Source: Mayamaea pseudoterrestris
Lineage: Eukaryota
Direction of reading: 5' to 3'
Assembly: GCA_027923505.1 (NCBI GenBank)
Contig: BROI01000017.1
Span: forward strand, 186,001 to 250,000
DNA length: 64,000 bases
A program made the position numbers and the translations under genes. The notes beneath the pieces were generated by a model. The model was given only the letters and a program-made list of their open reading frames with translations. It was not told the origin of the DNA and did not search any database. Positions within the stretch are counted from its first letter, which is position 1. Each line of letters starts with the position of its first letter. Of the stretch, positions 1 to 11,585 are shown in pieces.

Positions 1-159
1 ATACAAGGCACGTTATGAACGAGGCAGCTCTGGCACTTCGTTTAGAGACTCGGAAACTAGGCAAGGCTCAGGCGGATGGTAGTCAACAAATATAATTAAT
101 TATTATGTAATGAAAAATGTAGAGCACACTAAGGCTTGTCACGTTAGATTTTGCTCGCC

Positions 160-1716
160 TCACATTCGAAAGGAGTGTCGTTGGTACATGCACGATGTCT
201 TGAAATAACGACGGCACAAGAGAAACATCATGGCTCCTAGTAGCAACGCTCGGGATGCAACAATGGTCGCTGTAAGGGCGGCAGACTGAGTTTGGCCAAT
301 CATATGGTCAACTGGAGACGCCGCACCCCGGTAATTGACGCACACCCATTCGCTGTTCGGCAAGGCATGCAAGAGCGACTCCTTGGCTAGATGAAAGTCA
401 CTGCTGTCGACGGATGCGCCATAAATAGTTTCCTTTCCAGATAACTGAGCCAGACTCAGCCTGGCTGACAGAAGAGATTTACCGTCCTCGCCGATTGATC
501 GAATCGACACTGACTGCTGGTCCCAGTCAAACTCTAGCTCGCCAAAATTCTTCTCGAGACTGAACTGCAGACCTTGCTTCGAAGCTTCGGCCCCGCCATT
601 CACAAACAATCCTTTCGCCACATCTTCCGTCTGCGACTCGAGGAGCTCAGTCCACGGACATGTCGCATGCATGGTGGACATGAGCGTCTTGGCCGCAAAG
701 TGTTCAAAGCGCGCAACCATGGACGCTGATTGAGTCGCCGCAAACAACGGTGGACTCGTCATGGACCCCCACGAGTGCGTCATGCCAGACGTGGTTAATT
801 CGAGCAAGGGACGGGGAGCGTCATTCGAGTCAACCTTGACGCAGTCCTTGCGCATGAGCTGCGACATGTGCACGTCACCAGAAATCAATATGGGAGACTG
901 GACGTTCTCCTGCAAAATGGCGTCGAATAGGCGACTGCGGCTGCGTGGAAACTTGTCCCACGACTCGGCAATGTGAGCGTTAGGAAAACGGCTTGCATGA
1001 ACTTGGAGTCCATTCACAACCACATTGACTGTGGCTTGTGAGCGACTGATGGCTTTTTCGAACCATTGCCACTGCTCTTCACCAAGAAAGTCTCCCTCAA
1101 AGTCCGAACGAAAAGCTGCAGATCCCTTCTTCCATGGCGACTTGTTCGTGCGTACGTCGAGCACAAAGATTGCAACCGTCTTGTTGGAGTAAGCTGGCAT
1201 GTAGGGTGCATTCATGGGGCAAGCATCCGGATCGAGGCACGCCTCCTCGTCGGGAATCTCCTGATACCCGACAGGCCGATCAAAGTCGAATAGCTTGACT
1301 CCGTAAACGCCAAGTCCTTCCTGGGTTCGGCGACGCATCGGCGACTGCGCTGGCTCACCCAAAAAGTCAACAAAGGCGAGTCCACTCTCGTGGCGATACT
1401 TGTACGTCGAATCTCCATTGTTGCAGCCAAAGTCATGGTCATCAAACGTGCCAAAAACAGTAATATTGGTCTCCAGCAGGCGTTTGTAGCCAGGCACCGA
1501 CTTTTGAAAGCGATAGAGCGACCGGATTCGTTGAGGCGAGGCGCATGTAGTAGTTGACTTTGGTGGGTAGGTGCTCCAGTCAATTGGCTTGTGTTCATCG
1601 GCGTATATTGCATCGCCGCCCCAGATGAAAGCTGTCGGTGACCTTGACGTGATGACCGGCCAGAGCTTGTTGGTCAAGTCCTGATTGTTGCACGAGCCAA
1701 ATGCGATACGATTCAT
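160..1716 (-). CDS. phoD: PhoD-family alkaline phosphatase D-like metallophosphoesterase with C-terminal TM helix; true N-terminus unresolved
   Basis: Motifs RIAFGSC, WGGDAIYAD, FDDHDFG, LDVR, LGEEQWQW, ESW, SGDVH, ELTTSG, NFGEL. A GTAAG donor at 1795 and a TAG acceptor at 1723 suggest an upstream exon that I could not join cleanly. Confidence 0.85.
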   Translation of the reverse strand: MNRIAFGSCNNQDLTNKLWPVITSRSPTAFIWGGDAIYADEHKPIDWSTYPPKSTTTCASPQRIRSLYRFQKSVPGYKRLLETNITVFGTFDDHDFGCNNGDSTYKYRHESGLAFVDFLGEPAQSPMRRRTQEGLGVYGVKLFDFDRPVGYQEIPDEEACLDPDACPMNAPYMPAYSNKTVAIFVLDVRTNKSPWKKGSAAFRSDFEGDFLGEEQWQWFEKAISRSQATVNVVVNGLQVHASRFPNAHIAESWDKFPRSRSRLFDAILQENVQSPILISGDVHMSQLMRKDCVKVDSNDAPRPLLELTTSGMTHSWGSMTSPPLFAATQSASMVARFEHFAAKTLMSTMHATCPWTELLESQTEDVAKGLFVNGGAEASKQGLQFSLEKNFGELEFDWDQQSVSIRSIGEDGKSLLSARLSLAQLSGKETIYGASVDSSDFHLAKESLLHALPNSEWVCVNYRGAASPVDHMIGQTQSAALTATIVASRALLLGAMMFLLCRRYFKTSCMYQRHSFRM

Positions 1717-2181
1717 GTTGCACTAGAGAGGCGCAGAGTTGAAGAATGAGACTGAAAGTTGCTCTGTCAAAATCTTGAGCTGTAGGCTCACTTACGAATG
1801 GTAGAATCTACTAGCAACCGAGGTTCGAACGAGCAAAACTAAGGCAAGTGATCCAACATGTGCGTATTGCAACAGCCAGGAACATTAACGTCATTTGCCG
1901 CGATGAAGAATCTCAAAGGAGATTCGATCTCCCATTAGCTTTGCGTATCAAGGCGAAGAATCTGTCGGCATCTCGAGGATCGACTATAACGAATCTCGCG
2001 TGCCAATCACGGATGATCGTCCTTGCGTTCGTTTTCATGTGCACTCGAAACGGCTGCTCGCGAATATCACTCTTGCAACACCTTGCATTCAACGAAGACA
2101 CAGACGAATGTGGTATTACAAGCAAAAAATTGTTGTAAGACGCTCATGGACCAAATGCTAGAACGTTCATGCATCACTCTC

Positions 2182-3205
2182 CTAGTGGTAAACGGCCTTG
2201 ACAATGACGATGAGTCCCCTGGTCATGTGCAAATTTTGGTTGTCGTCTTCGCCTTCCTTGAGTATTTCAAAGGCTGTCCTGCGGTCCGCATTGCCTCGCA
2301 CAGACACATTGTTCATCATCAGCTGTAGCGTCGTCTCGAAGGAGCCAATGACCCGGTGATTTCCATTTGCTTGGTAATCAAACACGCGAATCAGTAATGG
2401 CCAATCCAAATCGCAATAGCAAAGCTCCTCCAAGTCCATGGTGAATTCCTTCCAATGTGGATTTAAGTGGTTCATAATGTACTCCGATCGATAAACTGTA
2501 ATCCTGCGAGTATTTAGAAACATTATTGCTCAGTGAGCGAGCAATGCACTTTCACGTTTCAAGCGTACTGGAACGACAGAGTTGTTGTGATTTGCAGTTT
2601 GCAGACACTCACCATCTCACAACCCCTGCAGTCGTATCCAAACTCTTTTTCGAAATCTCAAAGCCGGGATCAGATCGTCCTAGACCAAGTAGACCAGGTT
2701 CAACATTTTTAATATCAAGTCCACGAAAGTGCAGCTCCGCAGTGCCATGCGACGAGCCCTTCCTCGAATGCTCAATTGAAGCAGTAATTCTGCAGAACAA
2801 ACTCGAAATATGAGAAGCAAGTAGTCCAATAGTTCCTCTACCGTTACAGATATATGGTACATACATTATTCCAGTCGCAGTCTTTTCAGTTTTGAACCTC
2901 CCAGGGCTCTGGAAGATGGCAGTTGCTTCTGCTGTCATTTCACCAAGCAGCGTCCCATTCACTTTATAAACGCGAATTGTTAACGGCATGTATATGGACG
3001 GATCGGTTTCTACAAAGAGCGTCTTGATCCATTGTATTCGTCGCCCCATGTGGCTCTCCGTCCTACCAATCACTGTGTTTTGTTGAGGACCACCCGTGAC
3101 AACGATTTCGGCGTAGACTTCGTGGGATTCTCTTGCAAACCAGCGCGACCATAATGATGTTCCCGGCAAATTCTCAGCTTCAATGGCTAATTGGTAACGC
3201 GTCAT
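2182..3205 (-). CDS. Tandem C2-domain (copine N-terminal-like) protein, 3 exons
   Basis: Exons 3205-2865, 2789-2613 and 2503-2182 with GT-AG introns 2864-2790 and 2612-2504. Copine-type C2 motifs GRSDPGFEI, VYRSEYIMNHLNPHW, LIRVFDY, HRVIGSFETTL. No vWA domain before the stop. Confidence 0.75.
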
Positions 3206-3517
3206 TATATTCAAAAGGATGAACTACCGTAGTCTCTTGTTAATGCTGACAGTCTTTGTGATGATGTTTGTTCATCTGGCAGCAAGATCTCGGCAAAAGT
3301 TTAAAACCGCTGCGACGGATGGCCTGAAAATTCGTTCATCGCGGTTCATCATCTTAGTTTCATCCGGCCATCACATTGCGATCGATCGACCTCTCACGAT
3401 TTCTCGTGCATCACTATATATCCATCCATTACAAGAAAGAGAAGAAATGATGAGTCGTATATTTATTCAATAGAAGCTTCTGCAACTTGATACAAAAGCT
3501 TGAGTGGTGACTCCAGT

Positions 3518-6500
3518 ATGGCTGACGAGGTACGACCTTGTAGCGTTACCTTTGCATATGTAATAGTCAAACTGTATATTGTTTGTTCACATAGGATCAC
3601 ATGATTTGTCGGAACTATTAGATTGTTTTGACGGCTTGAGAGATCTGCTGTATCGTTGTAGTATCTTCAGTTTATAGACAGCGCGAAGGCCATTCTCACA
3701 TTCACAACCATCATTCCCAGATTCCATCAAAGAAACGCCGCAGTCGGAAAGCCCACGGGAAATTTAATAAAGGCCAGACGATAGATCCAGTTACTATTGA
3801 AGATACGTTCACTTTTAAGCATCCTGATGATGGCGATAGCCAGATTGCTGGAGAGGGTGCCTACATATCTGCGACTTTGAACAGTCGACGGTATTATGGT
3901 ATGCTAGTGGACCAATCTACCTTGAAGGCCGCTAGTCTCTTGCATTTGCAGCAAGAAGCTGCTGGGCTGGACTTAAATCGCAGGATAATGTCGCTAATGC
4001 CAAGCGAAATACAGCACCAGCAAACATCAAGCGAACATTTCAACTTGAACGGGTTCACCAATAAGCAGGTGCAGAAATTTCGCTTCATCCGGGCCAATGG
4101 AACCAGCCCGGGGTACAGAGAGTTGCTTGCTACTTACGCGGATGCTGCAGCGGCTGCCGAAGACAATTCCGACAAAGAAGCTTTGATCAAAAACGCATGC
4201 GCAGCGGGAGGAAACTTTGTTGGCTCATATTACTTTCAATTCGCTGAATCTGAGAAAGCTTCACTCGTCCCATCGACTGACAGAAAGGTTGGACGAGCTA
4301 TTAGTTTGTCCATGTCAATGGGCTTCAACAAATTTCTAGAATCGACGGCGTTTCCGCCATGGTCTCCGCCAGTCAACCTCGACATTGGACAACAAGCGAT
4401 GCTCAATATGCTACAGCTCAAAAAAGACAGAAAAGGCAACTTTGTCCCAGACGAAGCACCTGTCAGTTCATTCACGGTTCCATCCACGGCTTCGTTGACT
4501 CAAGCGATGCTACCGATGGAGCCACGACAGTTTTACCGTGTATGCGTCGTCGGGGCTGGAATCGCTGGCATGTCTGCATGTTTGGAGATCTTTCGACAGT
4601 GTGAGCGCGAAGGCATTGATGTCGAAGTTCACCTTATGGAGGGTCGCAACCGACTGGGTGGCAGGCTTCATACTGATAGGAATACGTTTAAACGTAGTGA
4701 CGGTGACTCACCGTTTCCGGTCGATCTTGGAGCTTCATGGATCCATGGTATTGAATTGAACCCTTTGGCAACGTTAGCACGCGAAGCGGGTGTCGATTTT
4801 GTTGTTACTAGCGAAGAAGTTAAAATGCTGCAAGGGAATATGGAAGTGATTGATGCGACGAAGGATAAACATGCTGGCGAATTCTTTGATAAACTTTTGG
4901 ATGTTGCTGCTGAAATGACTTGGTCATCGAACACCGCACGCTCGGCGAATGATGAAGCGACCGTCAAATGGTATGCCTCAGTGTTGGACAAGGATTGTGG
5001 GCGCGGGCAACGGCCGTCAAAAACCAAAGTCCCATTCCATCGACAGTCGTCCGACGTTTCAGTCGATCATGCGATCGGTCGAGCCATCGCGGAGCGACTC
5101 TTACAGGAGTTTCAGTCTCTGTCACCAGAAGAACGACGGATGCTGTTTTGGAACATGAAGAATGTCGAATATGCGCTTGGCGCCAATCTGAGCGACTTAT
5201 CGCAAATGTTCTGGGACATTGATGAACGACATGCCTTTGAGGGTGACCACGTAATATTAAAGCAGGGTTATTCGGTTGTGATAGAGCATTTGCTGAGCCA
5301 ACTTCGACAAAGGGGTAAGCGTTTCCAATGTTATCTTAATTGTCCAGTTGGAAGTATAGCGTATGCTCGATCAAGCACAAGCCAAACGTACATTGGCAGG
5401 ACGCCGAAACGGCAAATTTTGACTGAGCTTTCCGATACATGCTGCGTCACATCAGAAAATGGTGATACGAGGATTTTATGCGATTTCGTTGTTTGCGCAG
5501 TTCCACTAGGCGTCCTCAAGCATGCTCTTGTTGAAAAAAATGAGGAAGATCGCTGCCTGAAATTCGACCCACCGCTGCCATTCTCAAAAGTAGATTCTAT
5601 AAACACTGTCGGGTTTGGGCTACTTGACAAGATCTACATTCAGTTTCCAACCGCGTTCTGGAGAACTAACAACAATGGAGGCACAGAATCGCATACATTG
5701 TTCGGAAACGCATCGGGCGTGCATCCACATCATTACATGTTCCTAGACGTTGGTAAAGCTCTCGACCCTGGTGCTAATCCGCCGGCAGTCCTTATGTCGC
5801 TTGTTTCGGGAGTCGAGGCTGTTGTTTTAGAGCGGCTTACATCTGAAGAGGTTGTACGGGAGGTTATGGAGACGCTTCGAACTCTCTTTGGGTCAGCGAG
5901 CGTTCCGGATCCCTTACGAGTGAAATTGACGAGGTGGGGTTCTGACAGATTTTCGCGGGGATCGTATACATTTCTGGGTCCTGGAACAACTGAAGCTGAC
6001 TTCCACGTCTTGCAATCACCCTGCAACGGCAACGGAGATAGCATCTTGCTCGATGGCTTTGAGACAATGAGACTTTTCTTTGCCGGTGAGCACACTACTG
6101 CACTTCATCCATCGATGGCGCATGGTGCGTTGCTCTCAGGGACTAGAGCCGGGCAAGAAATTATGGATGCCATAAAGCTATCATCTGACTCCGAGAGTGT
6201 TGACAAGCTGATTCCTCTTTGGCTCTATCGCCACATGAACCCTAAAGCGCCGCTGTACTGCGCGCTGTGTCGCTCTGGTGAATCGGGCGACGAGGGGCCG
6301 CTGCTTGCATTTAAGCGAGGATCGAGAAGCGTTTGCGTTCACAACAATTGCGCTGAAGCCAGTTCTGAGGTGGAGGTATATGAAGGAAAATGGGAACACG
6401 TGGTGAAGGCTGTCAATCGAGGCCTTCTAGTTGATTGCCATGTGTGCGGGCAGCCTGGGGCCACAATTGATTGCCACGATTTACAATGCAATCAAAGCTT

Positions 6501-7077
6501 CCATTACGCATGCGCTTCTAAGACAGGATGGAAGTTTGAGGCATATGGAAAGGAATTTCTATGCAATGAACACTGCGACAAGATAAATAATATGTTGACC
6601 ACCAATGACGGCACCTTTCAACACGATCTTTTGACAAGAGTACCAGTCGGCAGTATGTCAGTGGACGATAAAGAGATGAATGAGACAGATGAGCAGATAT
6701 CAGGCACTGGCAAGTTGGCGACAGTGCCAAATGGGACAACACTATCAACGATACGCTCAGCGCGACTGACGCGTAATGGCTTAGACGACGAATATAGCAC
6801 ATCGACTCGGCTTGTTCGAATTACTCGTTCTTCGAAAGAGAACATGTGGAATCTGGAGTTACAGATAGATAGACTCGGGGAGATTGACAAGCATTTGCTT
6901 TTGGTTGCTCAGTCGAAAGCGGATCAACCGTACGATGGACCTGTGGTAGGAGATGTTATCAGAAGCATTAATGGCTGGGAAATTGGCTCAGCCAAGCTTG
7001 ACACACTCGAAAAAGTTCTTCACATTTTGAATGATCAAATCGATATCGTCATGCAGGTCGAGAGCCGTGTGCACTGA
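3518..7077 (+). CDS. Flavin-dependent amine oxidase (LSD1/KDM1-like) with C-terminal extended PHD finger and PDZ-like domain
   Basis: FAD motifs VVGAGIAG, EGRNRLGGR, DLGASWIHG, GFGLLDK, GSY, FFAGEHT..HGALLSG. zf-HC5HC2H-like Cys/His pattern at about 6260-6575. The frame is open from about 3641. A tentative first exon ATG 3518-3529 splices to 3681; the ORF track starts at TTG 3877. Confidence 0.8.
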
Positions 7078-7210
7078 TGCATTCCTGTTGTCATATTTGG
7101 GTGCAGAGGGTCGAAGCCTGTGGTTATCTCTCTTGATTTGCATATTGGCCAGAGGCCCAAGCACATAACACATATTGAAATTTAACCATGGTTTTTAAAA
7201 TTAACACTTG

Positions 7211-8681
7211 CTACGAAACCATACAATTATTTTGAGACGAAGCTCTGCTCGGTCGTGGTGCTGCAGCAGGAGTTGTCGATCTTTGCTGTTGGGATCGGGC
7301 ATTCTCCTCTGCCTGCAACTGAAGTGCGAGCTGTAGGCTTGCTGCATCATCTGTCGTTGACTCGCTATTCCAATCTGCTTGTAATTGGCGAGCTAGCATA
7401 ATGTCAGCATCCACCGGTTGACGGGCAGGTGCGCCCACCGCATGCTCCAATTCACTTGATCCAGCCACACCCACATCCACAGGTAAACGAGGTACTTCGC
7501 CACCGGACGAAGCTGGGTTACTTGTCAATTTCGGCATGGTAGGCATACCTACTGCGACCATTGGCAGTTGTTCTGCTATTGCTGGCTCATGTAACGCCGC
7601 TCGAGTTCCTTCCGACACTGGCGGAAGCGCCACTGTCGTTCCTTGCTGCTGCTGCTGCTGCAGACTTAGTTGTAGTGCCATTTGATACGCTTCCTCCTCC
7701 TTTCCTCGCTGCGTGTTTTCGCAGAAATCAGCATTCACAAGCGTAGTATTGCCGTCAATCGCATCCAGTCGCTCCCAAACAATGTCTTGCGAGTCAGCAT
7801 ATCCCAGATCCGTGACTAATAGATACAGCTCACCGTCATGTTTTGTCATGAGCGCAAAATGGTTGTTCCGAAAGAAAACTGCCAGCTGATCCTCCGACAA
7901 GTGTTCGCGAAGTTTCTCCAAACCATACGCAGTAAGCTGGTGGCTCGTCGACTCCAAAAAATGCTCCATGAGCTTGCCTTGCGTCGCCGAGTGTTGTAAG
8001 CGCTCCAGTTTGTTCTGCCGCTCTACGAGAACTTCGTAATTCGTTGTTGAAACGTCCGTAGGTTCTTTCTCCAACTGCTCTAGTTCAAGCGCAGCATCCT
8101 GCGCCTGAAAAATTATATCCACCAGCACGTTGTAAGTCTTAGTTTGTATGACTTGCGCCTCCGCTGACTGCGGGTCCACCAGCCAGCCATGAACTAGCTG
8201 AATCCTAAACATGTCCCAAGCCGTCAATTGCGCCGAATACTCGTATGCATCCACCTTGGTGAATCCTAAATTAACATCCATTCCGTTCTGAAACTGCGGG
8301 ATCCACTTCATTAGTTCATCAATATGAAATGTCTTGTCATTCGACTTTATTGTTGTTGACTCGTCCTCAATTGCAAGCGCCTGGTTGGCCAACATGTTTG
8401 TCACATCCTCGAGAGACGCAACCCCGTGCTGGAGACAGTGAGCTGGAAACTCTAGCGTTCCTCGCAGGAGTAGCCCGTTGGCCGCGGCCAAGAGCGGACA
8501 TGGGCCATTCTCATTTTGCAGTAGTATATGACAGTTGGAATTGTTCTATTTATAGTAAAATATGATTTGTAAGATAATTCGGAACAACGTTCGGGCAGGC
8601 AGCATCCTGTTGCCGGTGTTCTGTCGGCCTTGTCGCGTTACTTACCTGGTAGCGAATACGTTTCAACCGGTACGTTGTCAT
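7211..8681 (-). CDS. MINDY1: MINDY-1/2 family K48 deubiquitinase with MIU motifs and CaaX end
   Basis: Exon 8681-8646 (MTTYRLKRIRYQ), intron 8645-8546, exon 8545-7211. Catalytic QNENGPCPLLA, HGWLVDP and FFRNNHF, plus LVTDLGY. MIU-like helices (MALQLS, LARQLQ, LALQLQAEE). Ends CMVS. Confidence 0.92.
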
Positions 8682-8930
8682 TCTTTGTCCAAAAGCAAAA
8701 ACAAAGAGAAACTGCTAATGATTCTATAGATGTATCCGTTATGATCGGATGGTAAGGTTCCTTGATGATTCGTTCCGTCAAATCTTCCATTGTGCAAACG
8801 TCTGAGTGGTACTGCATGAGTACCGCAACGACATCAATGATTTTTCTTCTTCGACAACTCGTCGGGGTCGTTGCTGATGTTGCTGAACAAGGTGGAGAAC
8901 AAAGGTGAACATAACTCTGTCGTATTGTTA

Positions 8931-9740
8931 ATGATGAAGTCGCCATTTCGACAACGAAATGCATCTGTAATGCTAGATGCAAATGAACACAAAAGTTCGG
9001 CACAGCATGATCAAAATCGCGCAAGAAGTGACACCGGATCATCCTGGCCTGGAAGCTTTGGTCAAGAAACGGCAACGATGCCCAATGTTAGGGCAATTAA
9101 TTTTACCACACTGTTTCGAGGTGAATGTCAGACCGTCATATTATATCTATTGGGATCGACAGTCATACAAGCAATTTTTCACTACGCCAAAGCCATGCTC
9201 GCATTGTCACATTTGCCGCAGCAGCATCTGACCTCCACAGCATGCTCAATCGAATCTTTCCTGCTGGCAACGTGGCTCTACTACACTTCACGTGACAATA
9301 TGAAAACTACATCTGCTAATTTGCAGCCAATTTTGTCGGCGAGAATCGCATCGTGGCGCTTGGGCCGTGTGCGACGAGGGGAGCTCCTGTTGATAGCTTG
9401 CATTCACCTCTCTTTGTGGATTGCTTACACGTATTTAATGTCCTTCACTAGCAAACTGCATGTGAGTGATAGCAATGAGAAAGTGGCTTTTTCTATCAAG
9501 GCATTTTTACAAACGTTGATGCAGACGACAGCTTGCGTACTCTTGCTGCTGGTCGGGCCAACCATTTTGCGAATCAATCGACTGCATTCCAGTCTAGTCG
9601 TACTGCTGCTGCGTCCTCCTGCCTTGATGATTGCGCCATTGGCCGTTAGCACGTTTCTCGATCTGGCGGCGAGCCAGGTTTTGAGTGGATTGCTGGCAGG
9701 AAAGGTGCTGGAGGTCTTTTTTCCGGACGATCCTCAATGA
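8931..9740 (+). CDS. Hypothetical multi-pass membrane protein
   Basis: Long ORF with several hydrophobic segments, divergent from MINDY. First ATG at 8931. No family recognised. Confidence 0.5.
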   Translation: MMKSPFRQRNASVMLDANEHKSSAQHDQNRARSDTGSSWPGSFGQETATMPNVRAINFTTLFRGECQTVILYLLGSTVIQAIFHYAKAMLALSHLPQQHLTSTACSIESFLLATWLYYTSRDNMKTTSANLQPILSARIASWRLGRVRRGELLLIACIHLSLWIAYTYLMSFTSKLHVSDSNEKVAFSIKAFLQTLMQTTACVLLLLVGPTILRINRLHSSLVVLLLRPPALMIAPLAVSTFLDLAASQVLSGLLAGKVLEVFFPDDPQ

Positions 9741-9853
9741 TAGCCGGTTGATGACGTATCGCGGCTTTATGCAAACGTTAACTACTGATACACAGCATGA
9801 GTTCTTAACATACATTTTGTTACGCACAACCGAATATATTCTTTCTAAACGTG

Positions 9854-10294
9854 TCAATGATGATCAACCGCATCCATGCATAATTTCCAAACCTGCTCTC
9901 GGACCGTTCTCTGTTGCGCAAATTGCATCAACGCTCCACGAAAGCCTGCCGCCGACGAAGGCATGGTCGCTCCCGCCTGGAGCAACACTTGTCGCACGCC
10001 CTTGATGAGTCGATCCTTTTGTGCTTCCGACTGCAGCTTGACAATCTGTTGAACGACTCCATCGTAATCATCGACCGACATGAATCCTGCAATACTGCCA
10101 ACAATGCCTCCGACGAGCCCACCAAGTGGTCCCATGATTAGTCCACCAAGAGTTGCTCCAGCGGCTGCGCCCAAGCCTTGCTTCATGGCGGACCGAGCGG
10201 CATGCTTCATGTTTGGATCATGCACCAAAAACTCAACGAGCTCGGTGTGATAGTCGTCAATGTTAGGAATTTCCGTGTCGTAATCGCCCTCCAT
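9854..10294 (-). CDS. C19orf12-like glycine-zipper membrane protein
   Basis: 146 aa with GAAAGATLGGLIMGPLGGLVGGIVGSIAG followed by DYDGVVQQIVKL, resembling the C19orf12/nazo layout. Confidence 0.7.
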   Translation of the reverse strand: MEGDYDTEIPNIDDYHTELVEFLVHDPNMKHAARSAMKQGLGAAAGATLGGLIMGPLGGLVGGIVGSIAGFMSVDDYDGVVQQIVKLQSEAQKDRLIKGVRQVLLQAGATMPSSAAGFRGALMQFAQQRTVREQVWKLCMDAVDHH

Positions 10295-10589
10295 ATTTCG
10301 GTGTTTCTATAGCGGTAAAGTAAGACTGTAAAGGTAAAGAGTCGACTGCTCCGAGTGTCTCGTGTCGAAAGTGTGTTTGGCGGCAGAATTCTGCGAGATT
10401 TTCGCGGTCGCCGCGCCGAAACCTATCTGACGTCATCGTTATCGCAACGGTTTCAAGCACCACCACGCGGAAACGGCGCCGCGCTTTTGACGAGGCGATT
10501 CCATTCCGGCCTCTGCTCAAAGCAAGGATCGACTTTGAACCTTTTTCGCAACCTTCACTTACTCTTACTCGAAGCGACTAAAAACAGAC

Positions 10590-11158
10590 ATGGATACGTG
10601 GGTGCTTGGACAGATCAGTTTTTGGTTCACGGTTAAGGAAGTGAGTACAGCGCCGAATGGCCTCATTATTAGCGAGTTGCGGTTCCTGGTTCTCGTTTCA
10701 TTTCTTTCTAACAATCGTCTCTCGCTTGTAATCTTCTTCCAGATCAAGCCAGCGCAGGTAGTCGACAAAGTCATTGAAATATGGCTCGATCTGGTGACGC
10801 CAGGTCGTGGAGCGGGTGAGCGAAACTGGTACGCCGTTCGTCAAAGATTTTGCGTTCCTCTATTCGCTCTATTGTATCAATCTCATGCATTACTACTTGA
10901 ATTTTACCATACTGCATCAGGTTCCACCGTGCATACCGTACGGTAGAGCAAAGCACGACGCGAGCCTCGCGCGAGCTCGACATTCGACGAGAGTTGCGTG
11001 ACTGGGACAGTAGCTATCCGGAAATTCATCATGAGCTCATTGTTCGATGGATCGTTGGAGCCTTGGTGAGCATTACAGTCACAAGCGTCTACAATAGCAT
11101 CAAGCGAACCATGATGGGTGGCGGAGGCTATCGACGGGATCCCTACAATCGATTCTAA
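10590..11158 (+). CDS. Small 3-exon hypothetical protein (124 aa) with C-terminal hydrophobic helix
   Basis: Exons 10590-10640, 10743-10828 and 10921-11158. Introns GTGAGT..TTCCAG (102 nt) and GTACG..CATCAG (92 nt) join into one open frame ending RRDPYNRF*. Confidence 0.7.
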
Positions 11159-11585
11159 AGTGGTGGGCGGTGGACGACGAGCTTCTGCGACTTACGGGAA
11201 GACCTTGAACGAGCCCAGCTTTTTGAAATAAATAAGGATTCATTGACTGTTATGATGATATAATATTGAGATACATCATGGCTTGCTGTATGCTAAAGCT
11301 ATTGTCAGCGGCTTAACGGCGTCTCGGGTCTCGGAGGTCTAACAGGTGCAAGTCTAATTCAAACATCCTCCCTTCATTATTTTTCGATGGAACCATAGAA
11401 TATAACTATTAATGCATTCAGCTGTACTTCAAATGAGTAGCTAATGCACCGGATGGTGTTTAGGCTACAACTAATTGTAATATGCATGACGGCGACAATA
11501 TACGCCGCCCCGTGCTCCACGAAACTGCTCGACCCCACCAAAGTCTCCTCCATCCTCCAAGATGATATAATCTCCAGCAATTCAC

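Noticed and set aside
1723..1894. Upstream PhoD exon reading MTLMFLAV...LGC-TAG-TAG-ILPF in phase with the main exon (possible readthrough or recoding)
   Set aside because: The phase match has a one-in-three chance, and TAG is an ordinary stop in other genes here. A 5'-UTR intron or an indel is a simpler explanation.
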